DNA from: an uncultured Desulfobacterales bacterium
GTDB lineage: Bacteria > Desulfobacterota > Desulfobaccia > Desulfobaccales > 0-14-0-80-60-11
Direction: 5' to 3'
Assembly: GCA_964480485.1 (NCBI GenBank)
Contig: CAYZOP010000007.1
Coordinates: 3,914-67,913 of the forward strand
DNA length: 64,000 nt
The notes under the pieces were generated by a model. That model was not told the origin of the DNA. It ran no database searches and saw nothing but the letters and a program-made list of their open reading frames with translations. This document shows, piece after piece, positions 39,627 through 48,343 of the stretch (position 1 is the stretch's first letter; each line of letters begins with the position of its first letter). Both the position numbers and the translations under genes were made by a program.

Positions 39627-41921
39627 ATGAGTCCCGAAAGAAAATCCTACAACCTGGCCATAGTGGGAGCCGGCCGGCAAGGGGTGGCCATTTTGGAGGC
39701 CCTGGTGCCCCCCCGGGGCGAGGCGCAGCCCCTCAAGGTTGTGGGAGTGGCGGACTTGAACCCGGAGGCCCCCGGCATCCTGTACGCCTACCGGCATAAC
39801 CTGTTCGTCACCGTGGATGTCGCCGACCTGTTCCACCTCCCGGATCTGGATATCATCGTCAACGCCACCGGCCACCCGGAAGTCTCGGTGCAGATAGATG
39901 AGCAACAGCCGGGCAGGTTCATAGTCCTCAATGTGGACCGCCCGGTCCAGCTCGAGGACTTCTGGGACCTCATCTCCATGAACCTCTCCCCGGTCCGGGA
40001 GGATGCGCCGCTCACCGTGGGGATTGTGGGCGGCGGCAAGGGCGGCTATGAAGTCCTGCAACAACTCGCCAGGGAGCCGCGCTATCCCCAACGGGTCAGG
40101 GTCATCGGCGTGGCAGACACCAACCATGAGGCCCAGGGAATGGTTTTGGCTCGAGAGCTCCAGATTCCCATCTACACCGAGTATAGGGATCTCCTCAAGG
40201 CCGAACCGGATCTGGTGCTGGAACTTACCGGTGACCCCCGGGTGCGGGAGCGGGTTATCCAGGAAAAGGGCCCCAACACCCAGATCATCGACCACGTCAA
40301 GGCCCGGCTGTTCTGGGACCTCCTGAAGCGGGAAGAGGAGCGGTTGCGCCACCGGGTCACCCAAGAAATCAAGCTGGCCGGACAGCGCAGCCGCTTTCAG
40401 AGGATTTTCGACCACCTGCCGGACCCGGTCATCGTCTTGCGCTCCAATTACCTGGTGGAGGAGGCCAACCTGCCCTTTCTGGAACGCTTCCATAAGCAGG
40501 CCGAAGAGGTCATCGGCAGGCCGTGCTACGAGGTGTTCCATCAGTTCGAGGAACCCTGCGACCGCAAAGGCATGACCTGTCCGTTGCCCCGCGTGTTGGA
40601 GAACCATCAGACCGCCCAGGTGCTGCAGACGTCCCTTAATCCCGACGGCACCATCCGCTACGATGAGATCACCATGTCGCCGTTGTGCGTCCCGGAACGG
40701 GCGCAGAAACGGGTCATTGAAGTCATTAAAGATGTCACCGACCGCAAACAATTGGAAGCAGGGTTGCAGAAGTCGGAACAGCGGGCCCAGGAACTGCTGA
40801 CCCAGGCCATCAAGGACAAGGGGTTTTTGGAAACCATTGTCAACGGCATCGCCGATCACATGATGGTCATCGACCTGGATTACCGCATCGTGGAAGTGAA
40901 CCGGGCCCTCTTGGAGATGGTGGGACTGAAGCGCGACCAGGTGGTGGGCAAGCATTGCTACGAAGTCTCCCACCATTTGCACCAGCCCTGCACGATACCC
41001 GATCATCCCTGCCCGCTGCAGGAAGCCGTGGCCTCCGGCAAGGCCGCCTCTGCTACCCATGTGCATTTTGACAAGGAAGGCCGGGAGCGCTATTACCACG
41101 TGGTCTGTCACCCCCTGCGGGACGAACAGGGCCGCATCCACCGGGTGGTGGACCTGTCCCGGGATATCACCCGGGACGTGATAGACCGTATGCGGACCCT
41201 GCACGAAGACAAGATGGCTTCCCTGGGGAAACTGGCGGCCAGTGTGGTCCACGAGATCAACAATCCGCTCACCGGCATCCTCAATTTCGTCAAACTGATG
41301 CAAAGCATGGTGGAGACGGGGACGCCCAGCGGAGACGAGTTAAACGAGATGCGCCGCTACCTGGACATGGTGTATCAGGAGACCTCCCGGGTGAGCCGGA
41401 CCTTGGCCAACCTCCTCACTTTTTCCCGGAAGCAGAAACCGGAATTCAAGCCGCTGGATCTCAATATCGTGTTGGAAGGGGCGTTATCCCTGGTGAGCTA
41501 TCAGATGCGCCTCCAGGGCATCGCACTGGAGCGCAAGCTCACTCCTGACCTGCTGCCGGTATTGGCGGACAAGGGTCAGATGACGCAGACCTTTATCAAT
41601 CTCTTCTTGAATGCCTTTGATGCCATGCCCCAAGGAGGCCGGCTCATCCTGGAGACCAAAAACACCCGGCGCGGCGAGGTGCTGATCAAGGTCTCCGATA
41701 CCGGCAAGGGCATCCCCAAGGAGCATATCTCGCAGATCTTCGAGCCCTTCTTTACCACCAAAAAAACCTGCGCCGGTGCAGGGTTAGGGCTCTCCGTGGT
41801 CTATGGCATCATCCGGGATCACAAGGGCACCATCAAAGTGGACAGCGTGGTGGGCCAAGGCACCTCTTTTACCATTCGCCTGCCGGCTCAGAAGGTGGGG
41901 GAAGTACATGTTGCCGCATAA
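39627..41921 (+). CDS. Cytoplasmic sensor histidine kinase: tandem Rossmann-like N-terminal domains, two Cys-motif PAS domains, HisKA, HATPase
   Basis: No TM segment. GxGxxG occurs twice (IVGAGRQG, IVGGGKGG). PAS motifs CYEVFHQFEEPCDRKGMTCP and CYEVSHHLHQPCTIPDHPCP. H-box HEINNPLTG. ATPase blocks DTGKGIP and GLGLS. Confidence 0.88.
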   Translation: MSPERKSYNLAIVGAGRQGVAILEALVPPRGEAQPLKVVGVADLNPEAPGILYAYRHNLFVTVDVADLFHLPDLDIIVNATGHPEVSVQIDEQQPGRFIVLNVDRPVQLEDFWDLISMNLSPVREDAPLTVGIVGGGKGGYEVLQQLAREPRYPQRVRVIGVADTNHEAQGMVLARELQIPIYTEYRDLLKAEPDLVLELTGDPRVRERVIQEKGPNTQIIDHVKARLFWDLLKREEERLRHRVTQEIKLAGQRSRFQRIFDHLPDPVIVLRSNYLVEEANLPFLERFHKQAEEVIGRPCYEVFHQFEEPCDRKGMTCPLPRVLENHQTAQVLQTSLNPDGTIRYDEITMSPLCVPERAQKRVIEVIKDVTDRKQLEAGLQKSEQRAQELLTQAIKDKGFLETIVNGIADHMMVIDLDYRIVEVNRALLEMVGLKRDQVVGKHCYEVSHHLHQPCTIPDHPCPLQEAVASGKAASATHVHFDKEGRERYYHVVCHPLRDEQGRIHRVVDLSRDITRDVIDRMRTLHEDKMASLGKLAASVVHEINNPLTGILNFVKLMQSMVETGTPSGDELNEMRRYLDMVYQETSRVSRTLANLLTFSRKQKPEFKPLDLNIVLEGALSLVSYQMRLQGIALERKLTPDLLPVLADKGQMTQTFINLFLNAFDAMPQGGRLILETKNTRRGEVLIKVSDTGKGIPKEHISQIFEPFFTTKKTCAGAGLGLSVVYGIIRDHKGTIKVDSVVGQGTSFTIRLPAQKVGEVHVAA

Positions 41922-43254
41922 GAAGATCTCGATTTTGGTGGTGGACGACGAGCCGAGCATCCGGGAATCCCTGAGCGGCTGGCTGAAACGGGCCGGCTAC
42001 CAGGTGGACACCGCCGCCGACGGCTTCACGGCATTGGCCAAGAACCGGGAGACCCACTTCGACATCATCATTGTGGATGTCAAGATGCCGGAAATGGATG
42101 GTCTTACCCTGTTGCAGCAACTGAAGGAGAACGGCAGCGAAGCCGGCATCCTCATGATGACCGCCCACGGTGATATCCATGACGCCGTGCAGGCCATCAA
42201 GTTGGGGGCCTATGATTACCTGCTCAAGCCCTTCGAGCTGGAGGAATTATCCTTCACCATCGGCAAGATGGTGGAGATGCAGACCCTGGCCATGGAGAAC
42301 CTGATTTTAAAGGAACGCTTGGCCACCATCAGCCGCTTTGAAAACCTGGTGGGCCAGTCCCCGGTCATGCTCAAGCTGTTTGAGACCATTGTCGACGTGG
42401 CCAAGACCGACGCCACCGTCCTGATCACCGGGGAGACCGGCACCGGCAAGGAGCTGGTGGCCCGGGCCATTCACGCCCAAAGCCCCCGCTGTTATGCCCC
42501 GTTCATCGCCATCAACTGCGGCGCCTTCACCGAGCACCTGCTGGAAAGCGAGATCTTCGGACATGAAAAAGGCGCCTTCACTGACGCCAAATACACCAAA
42601 AAGGGTCGCCTGGAGATGGCCAACGGTGGCACCCTCTTCCTGGACGAAGTGGGGGACATCTCCATGAAAATGCAGATTGATCTCCTGAGGGTCCTGGAAA
42701 CCCACGAATTCACCCGGGTGGGGGGGACCACCATGCTGAAAAGCGATTTCCGGGTCATCGCCGCCACCCATCAGGACCTCAAAGAGGCCATTCGCCACAA
42801 AACCTTTCGGCAGGACCTTTTCTACCGTTTGAACGTCTTCCATATCGAGGTGCCGCCCCTCAGGGAACGACCGGAGGACATCCCGCTGTTGGCCCACCAC
42901 TTCCTGCGGCGCTATGCGGCGGAAACCAAGAAAAAGATCGATGCCATCGATAAAAAGGCGCTGGAGGCCATGAAGCAATACTCCTGGCCGGGTAATGTGC
43001 GGGAATTGGAGAATGCCATCGAACGGGCGGTGGTGGTGGGTAAGGGGCGGACCATCAAACTCTCCGACCTGCCCTTTATCACCGCCGGGGAACCTGCGGA
43101 ATACGGGGAACTTTCCCTGGAGGAAATGGAACGGCAGCATATCGCCCGGGTGCTGGCTACCAAGGGAAGGAATCTCTCCCACGTCGCCCGGGTGCTGCGC
43201 ATCAACCGCTCAACGCTTTATGAGAAGATAAAAAAATACGGCCTCACCACCTGA
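41908..43254 (+). CDS. Sigma54-dependent response regulator (NtrC family: REC-AAA+-HTH)
   Basis: ILVVDDEPSIRE receiver domain. GETGTGKE Walker A and GAFTDA (GAFTGA-type sigma54 contact loop). C-terminal Fis-type HTH. The ATG at 41908 overlaps the kinase stop by 14 nt. Confidence 0.92.
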   Translation: MLPHKKISILVVDDEPSIRESLSGWLKRAGYQVDTAADGFTALAKNRETHFDIIIVDVKMPEMDGLTLLQQLKENGSEAGILMMTAHGDIHDAVQAIKLGAYDYLLKPFELEELSFTIGKMVEMQTLAMENLILKERLATISRFENLVGQSPVMLKLFETIVDVAKTDATVLITGETGTGKELVARAIHAQSPRCYAPFIAINCGAFTEHLLESEIFGHEKGAFTDAKYTKKGRLEMANGGTLFLDEVGDISMKMQIDLLRVLETHEFTRVGGTTMLKSDFRVIAATHQDLKEAIRHKTFRQDLFYRLNVFHIEVPPLRERPEDIPLLAHHFLRRYAAETKKKIDAIDKKALEAMKQYSWPGNVRELENAIERAVVVGKGRTIKLSDLPFITAGEPAEYGELSLEEMERQHIARVLATKGRNLSHVARVLRINRSTLYEKIKKYGLTT

Positions 43255-43467
43255 CTTGCGGAGGCCGGGCGGGCGTACGCCGGGGCCGGCAAACTCCCGG
43301 CGACCTAAAAGGCGCCTGCCAACTCCACCCGTGGTCCGCTCCTGTTCCGGCCTTACAAGGTTTCGGCCAAGGCTTTCCCTCATACCCCTGGATACCACGC
43401 CCCACACCGCCGGTTCAGCCGGGTTTCGGTGGGGCAGGATCACCGTCGGTCCTGACGTCGGGCGTCT

Positions 43468-44349
43468 TCAGGTGCTGTGCAGGAACTCGTGCACCAGGCG
43501 ATCCCATCCCAGTTGGGGATAGGCGCCATAGACGTCGTCCAGGATGGCGCCGCCGGAGGGCAGCGTCACTCCCGCCACAGACTCCAGCATGCCCAGGAGA
43601 CGTTGGGCCTCATGTTCTATCCAGGCGACGTTGCATTGGCCGAAGAGCATCTTTTCCAGATCCGGTTTGAGGTGGGTGGGGGAGACCAAAAAGAGCCAGC
43701 CCTCGCCATACGGGTCATCATGGATCAGGCGCGGGTTGTCCCGAATCTTGGGATTAACTGCGTCGATGATGCCGGTGAGGGGGGCCAGCACCGGGGCGGT
43801 CTTGCCCTGGCGGGAGAGCATCAAGGCTGTCTGGTCGGCGAACACCTTTTCTCCCACCTCCGGGAGGCTCACTTCCTCGGGCGGACCCAAAACCCGCTGG
43901 CAAAAATCGTCCATGCCGAGGCGGACCCGGCCGGCATTTTCCAGGGCCACCCAGGTATGTCCCCGGTGGAGGAAACTGGAGACGGGCACCATAATCCCCA
44001 TGACCTCCTGCACTCGGGGCCGCTCCGGAGCCAGAAAGAAGTCAAACTGCTCCTCCAGCAGCTCATCAAAGGAACATTCATGACAGAGGCTGGTCATCAT
44101 CAGGCGGCATTTCTGCTGGTCGCCGAAGCGCTGCCGCATCTTTTCCTCCCACGGCAGGACCTCACGATGCTCCGGGACCGGCTTCGGGCGTCCTTTCCAC
44201 TTGGCCAGGTTGGCAGCCGCAGCTTCCGTCAAGGCCCGGTCCAGCTCACAATGTTCGCAATCAAACTCTTTATCGCAGATCTTGTAGTCAATTACTCCAG
44301 CTTCCATCCAGATACAAGGCTGCCGGCTTTCGGGAAATTCATGTGCCAT
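43468..44349 (-). CDS. Cys-rich N-terminal domain fused to a GcvH-like domain (paralog 2)
   Basis: MAHEFPESRQPCIWMEAGVIDYKICDKEFDCEHCELD...CRLMMTSLCHEC, followed by a GcvH-like fold (HTWVAL...VRLGMDDF...LPEVG...APLTG...DPYGEGWLF). The start is taken at ATG 44349, inside track ORF 43468..44406. Confidence 0.75.
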   Translation of the reverse strand: MAHEFPESRQPCIWMEAGVIDYKICDKEFDCEHCELDRALTEAAAANLAKWKGRPKPVPEHREVLPWEEKMRQRFGDQQKCRLMMTSLCHECSFDELLEEQFDFFLAPERPRVQEVMGIMVPVSSFLHRGHTWVALENAGRVRLGMDDFCQRVLGPPEEVSLPEVGEKVFADQTALMLSRQGKTAPVLAPLTGIIDAVNPKIRDNPRLIHDDPYGEGWLFLVSPTHLKPDLEKMLFGQCNVAWIEHEAQRLLGMLESVAGVTLPSGGAILDDVYGAYPQLGWDRLVHEFLHST

Positions 44350-44430
44350 GGTCCTGCCCTGCCTTTCCCCTGATCTTGGGAAGGACGGGGTGCGGCGGTC
44401 TCCCACCCCGTCCCTGCCGGGTGCAAGCGT

Positions 44431-45072
44431 TCATTGTCTTCCCTTCCAGGTTCTCTTGTCCCAGTTGTCCCAGCCCTCAAAACCGCGCCGCGTTGAGGGA
44501 GTGGTCAGGTTCCGCAGGAAGAACCCCTGGACCAGCCGCCGCCAGCCCAACGCCGGGAAATGGCCGAACACGTCATCGACGATGGTCCCGCCATCTTGCA
44601 GGGTGTAGCCCACTTTGGTATCCAAAAGTTCCAGCAGGCGGTGGGTTTCCTCGTCGATCCACGCGGCGTTGTCCTGCCCATAGCACAGATTGAACAAGTT
44701 TTGCTGGAGATTGATGGGCCTCATGTGGAAGAGCCAGCCCTCGCCGTACGGGTCGTCATGGATCAGAGCCGGCTTCTCCCGAACCCGCTCATTGATCTCG
44801 GTGACCATGCCGTCCACCGGGGCGACGAAGGAGGCCTTGCTGCCATGCCGGAGCAGGGCCATGCAAATGTGGTCCTGATAATAGACCTTGCCCACTTCCG
44901 GCATCTGAATGCCGTCGGCCGGTCCCAGGATCTTCTGGGAAAAATCATCTAGACCAACCCGCACCAGGTCCGTCTTTTCCACCACGGCCCAGGCATGGCC
45001 CCGGTGCAGATAATAGGTCTCGGTGGGTACCCGGAACCCGAAGACCTCCGCCATGTTGGTAGGGGTTTTCAT
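44431..45072 (-). CDS. GcvH-like domain protein (paralog 3)
   Basis: The first 180 aa or so are by eye about two-thirds identical to the 31721 product (MAEVFGFRVPTETYYLHRGHAWAVVE...). A GGAGGG RBS is present. Confidence 0.78.
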   Translation of the reverse strand: MKTPTNMAEVFGFRVPTETYYLHRGHAWAVVEKTDLVRVGLDDFSQKILGPADGIQMPEVGKVYYQDHICMALLRHGSKASFVAPVDGMVTEINERVREKPALIHDDPYGEGWLFHMRPINLQQNLFNLCYGQDNAAWIDEETHRLLELLDTKVGYTLQDGGTIVDDVFGHFPALGWRRLVQGFFLRNLTTPSTRRGFEGWDNWDKRTWKGRQ

Positions 45073-45109
45073 GTCTTTTCCCTCCTCTGGGGGTTTGATT
45101 CGGGAGAGA

Positions 45110-45124
45110 GCAATGAGCGTGCCA
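45110..45124 (-). promoter_or_regulatory. Sigma54 (RpoN) promoter
   Basis: The minus strand reads TGGCAC-GCTCA-TTGC. It lies 38 nt upstream of the ATG at 45072. Confidence 0.7.
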
Positions 45125-45133
45125 GTCCCTGGT

Positions 45134-45153
45134 TATCGGCTAACTAACCGATA
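45134..45153. promoter_or_regulatory. Inverted repeat TATCGG-ctaactaa-CCGATA adjacent to the sigma54 promoter
   Basis: Perfect 6-bp arms located 10-30 nt upstream of the -24 element, followed by an AT-rich tract. Confidence 0.35.
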
Positions 45154-45398
45154 TTATTTCTTAAATCTACTAATGACCGGCGGACCCCAGAGGAGAATTG
45201 TAGGATAAGGCTACAGCTGATGCGGGGGATGTATTTAACTTATCGCATTCATTATATTTTTTATCATGTTAGCAGTCGTGGTAAATTCCTACGGTCGCAG
45301 GCGTGCTCAGGCCGGAGGCTGACAGCAGGATAAGTGCTGGGGAACCTGATGGGGGGCTTGGGGCTGCAAAACCCCGAGTGCGGGCTAGCCGGCAGAAC

Positions 45399-45473
45399 TG
45401 GAGGCGGCAACCGGATTCGAACCGGTGTATAACGGTTTTGCAGACCGTTGCCTTACCACTTGGCTATGCCGCC
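45399..45473 (-). tRNA. tRNA-Cys (GCA), CCA encoded
   Basis: Reverse strand: GGCGGCAUAGCCAAGUGGUAAGGCAACGGUCUGCAAAACCGUUAUACACCGGUUCGAAUCCGGUUGCCGCCUCCA. It folds as a cloverleaf with anticodon loop CUGCAAA. Confidence 0.93.
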
Positions 45474-45483
45474 CCAAAATAAA

Positions 45484-45558
<75 letters not shown>

Positions 45559-45643
45559 TCGTGCAGTGTTTATTTTTTGTAAAATCATCCGGCTTGTCAA
45601 GGAGAAAAATGCATTGATGCGGCTCCCGCCCTTGCCGGGGAGT

Positions 45644-48190
45644 TCAGCGGTCCTCCTCGGGCCGGCCGGCCGGGCCGAAGAGCCCCATCTGCAACGCCTC
45701 TCCCCCGGGGCGCCGCCGGTGGCGCGCCAACTTGGGGAGGCCCAAAGGGTCGAGAGAACCGGCCTCCAGATTTTCCAGGACTTCCTGGGCACGCTGAATA
45801 ACGGTTTGGGGCACACCGGCCAGCTTCGCCACCTGAATGCCATAGCTCTGGGAGGCGGCACCCGGCGCCAGGCGGTGCAGGAACACGATGGTCCCCTGGT
45901 CTTCCGCCACCAGCACCTGGACGTTGGCCACCCGGGGTTTCACCCGGCTGAGCTGGGTCAGTTCCTGGTAATGGGTGGCAAACAGCGTCCTCACTCCCCT
46001 TCCCTCCAAATCGGCCAGGTGCTCGGCCACCGCCCAGGCCAGGGACAGTCCATCGAAAGTGCTGGTGCCCCGGCCGATCTCATCAAGGATCACCAGACTC
46101 CCAGGGGTGGCCTGGTGCAGGATGCGGGCGGTTTCGTGCATCTCCACCAGGAAGGTGCTTTGGCCCCTCCCGATGTCGTCCACCGCCCCCACCCGGGTGA
46201 AGATGCGGTCGGCGAGCCCCACCTCCGCCGAAGCCGCCGGCACAAAAGAACCCATCTGGGCCAGGAGCGTGATCAGCGCCGCCTGGCGCAGGATGGTGGA
46301 TTTGCCGCTCATATTGGGACCGGTGACGATGAGCACCCGGTGCTGGCCGTCCAGGTGGAGGTCGTTGGGCACAAAGCGCCCCGGCGGCAGCAGCCGCTCG
46401 ATGACCGGGTGCCGGCCCGCGGCGATGTGGAGCTGGGCCTCGGCGGTGAGGCGGGGCCGGCAGTAGCGCCGGGTTGCCGCCACCTCAGCCAAGGCGGCCC
46501 AGGCATCCAGGCGGGCCAGGGCCTGGGCCACCCGCTTCAGGCGCACCGCCTCCGCCCCCAGGCGGCGGCGCAGCTCGCAGAAAAGCTCCTGCTCCCGTTT
46601 CACCCGGGCAGCCTCGGCCCCCAGCACCCGGGCCTCATAGTCCTTGAGGTCTGCGGTGATAAAGCGCTCGGCGTTCACCAGGGTCTGCTTCCGGATATAG
46701 TCCGGCGGCACCAGCGGCAGGTTGGGCCGGGAGATCTCGATATAATAGCCAAACACTTTATTGTAGCGGACCTTCAGAGAGCCGATGCCGGTGCGCTGGC
46801 GTTCGGTCTCCTCCAACCGGGCCATCCACTCCTTGCCGCCCCGGGAGAGAGCAATGAGCTCGTCCAGCTCGGAATCGTAGCCTTCCCGGATGACGCCCCC
46901 GGCCGCCAGCGTCGGTGGGGGCACATCCAACAGGGCCCGGTGGATGAGATCGTGCAGGTCGGAGAGGTCCTCCAGGTCGGCCACGGCCTGGGCCAGCAGC
47001 TCCGGTCCCGGGCTGCCCAGCACCGCCTTGAGGGCCGGCAGGGCGGCCAGGAGGTGCCGCACCGCTGCCACTTCCCGGGGCCCGGCCTGCTCCAGCCCCA
47101 GGCGGGCGCTGAGGCGCTCCAGGTCCGCCAGTCCTTTGAGGCCGGCCCGCCACTCCTGCCGGACCATCGCCGCGGTGAGGAAATACTCCACCGCGTCCAG
47201 CCGGGCCTCGATCTCCTGCCGGTCCTTCAGGGGATGGCGCAGCCAGCGGGCCAACTGCCGGGAGCCCATGGGGGTGACGGTGGCGTCCAGGGCCTCCAGG
47301 AGCGATCCCTGGCGGCTGCCGCTGCGCCAGTTCTCAAAGATCTCCAGATGCCGCAGGGTGGCCTCGTCCATTTCCAGGTAGTCCTCCCGGGAATAGGGTA
47401 CCACCCGCTCCAGGTGCGGCAGCGCCAAGTTCAGAGAATCCCGCAGGAAGCGTAGTATCGCTCCGGCGGCGGCCACTCCCAGGGGATAGGCTTCCAGGCC
47501 GAAGCCGTCCAAAAAGAGCGTCCCCAGAACCTGCCCCAACTCCCGGCGGGCGACCTCGAGATCAAAAGCCGGAGCCGGGAGGGACCGCAGCGTCGGCGGC
47601 GCCTGGAAGGAAGCCAGGGCGGCGGCCAGAAGCCCGCCGCTTTCGTCTTCGGACACCACGATCTCCGCCGGCTTCAGGCGCACCAGTTCATCGGCCAGAG
47701 GTTCCGGCCCCTCCCCTGCCGTCAGGCGGAATTCGCCGGTGGACAGGGAAAGGTACGCCAGGCCCCAGCGGTTTTTCGCCGCCGCCACCGCCGCCAGATA
47801 ATTGTCGGTGCGGGCGTCCAGGGCGGCAGGGTCCACCACCGTGCCCCGGGTGAGGATGCGGGTCACCTCCCGGCGCACCAGACCCCTGGCGGTCGCCGGA
47901 TCTTCGGTCTGCTCGCACACCACCACCTTGAACCCCTGCTCCAGCAGACGGTGGAGGTAGGAGTCGGCCGCGTGGACGGGAAAACCCGCCATGGGGATTC
48001 GTTCTTCCCCGGCGCGGCTGCGGCTGGTGAGGGCGATGTTCAGACTCCGGGCCACCTTTTCCGCGTCCTCAAAGAAGAGTTCAAAGAAATCCCCCATCTG
48101 AAACAGCAGGAGGGCATCGGCATATCTGGCCTTCAAGTCCAGGTATTGCCTCAGCATCGGGGTGAGGCGGTCAGGCGCGGGTTCGGTCAT
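45644..48190 (-). CDS. mutS: DNA mismatch repair protein MutS
   Basis: 848 aa. N-terminus TPMLRQYLDLK, Walker A GPNMSGKST, and the STF..E block. Confidence 0.96.
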   Translation of the reverse strand: MTEPAPDRLTPMLRQYLDLKARYADALLLFQMGDFFELFFEDAEKVARSLNIALTSRSRAGEERIPMAGFPVHAADSYLHRLLEQGFKVVVCEQTEDPATARGLVRREVTRILTRGTVVDPAALDARTDNYLAAVAAAKNRWGLAYLSLSTGEFRLTAGEGPEPLADELVRLKPAEIVVSEDESGGLLAAALASFQAPPTLRSLPAPAFDLEVARRELGQVLGTLFLDGFGLEAYPLGVAAAGAILRFLRDSLNLALPHLERVVPYSREDYLEMDEATLRHLEIFENWRSGSRQGSLLEALDATVTPMGSRQLARWLRHPLKDRQEIEARLDAVEYFLTAAMVRQEWRAGLKGLADLERLSARLGLEQAGPREVAAVRHLLAALPALKAVLGSPGPELLAQAVADLEDLSDLHDLIHRALLDVPPPTLAAGGVIREGYDSELDELIALSRGGKEWMARLEETERQRTGIGSLKVRYNKVFGYYIEISRPNLPLVPPDYIRKQTLVNAERFITADLKDYEARVLGAEAARVKREQELFCELRRRLGAEAVRLKRVAQALARLDAWAALAEVAATRRYCRPRLTAEAQLHIAAGRHPVIERLLPPGRFVPNDLHLDGQHRVLIVTGPNMSGKSTILRQAALITLLAQMGSFVPAASAEVGLADRIFTRVGAVDDIGRGQSTFLVEMHETARILHQATPGSLVILDEIGRGTSTFDGLSLAWAVAEHLADLEGRGVRTLFATHYQELTQLSRVKPRVANVQVLVAEDQGTIVFLHRLAPGAASQSYGIQVAKLAGVPQTVIQRAQEVLENLEAGSLDPLGLPKLARHRRRPGGEALQMGLFGPAGRPEEDR

Positions 48191-48199
48191 GGCGTGGGG

Positions 48200-48335
48200 T
48201 GGAAGCGGCAGGGAGGGTCGGGGACCACCGGCCCCCCACCCTTCCCCTCAGCCTGCCACCCATTCCCCTGTACGGGGGCGGGGCGGGAGTCTGATGGAGA
48301 GGGGCCAGGGTGCTCACCTCCCCGACCCCTTAGGT
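48200..48335. repeat. G/C-tract palindromic intergenic repeat, copy c
   Basis: CCCCTGTACGGGG hairpin (48265-48277), flanking GGGG/CCCC tracts, and CACCTCCCCGACCCCT, which is shared with copy b. Confidence 0.6.
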
Positions 48336-48343
48336 TCACACCC

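Noticed and set aside
45360-45375. tRNA-like anticodon stem-loop GGGGCTGCAAAACCCC on the plus strand, next to tRNA-Cys
   Set aside because: No acceptor, D or T arms can be built around it. It is probably a chance hairpin or a fragment.
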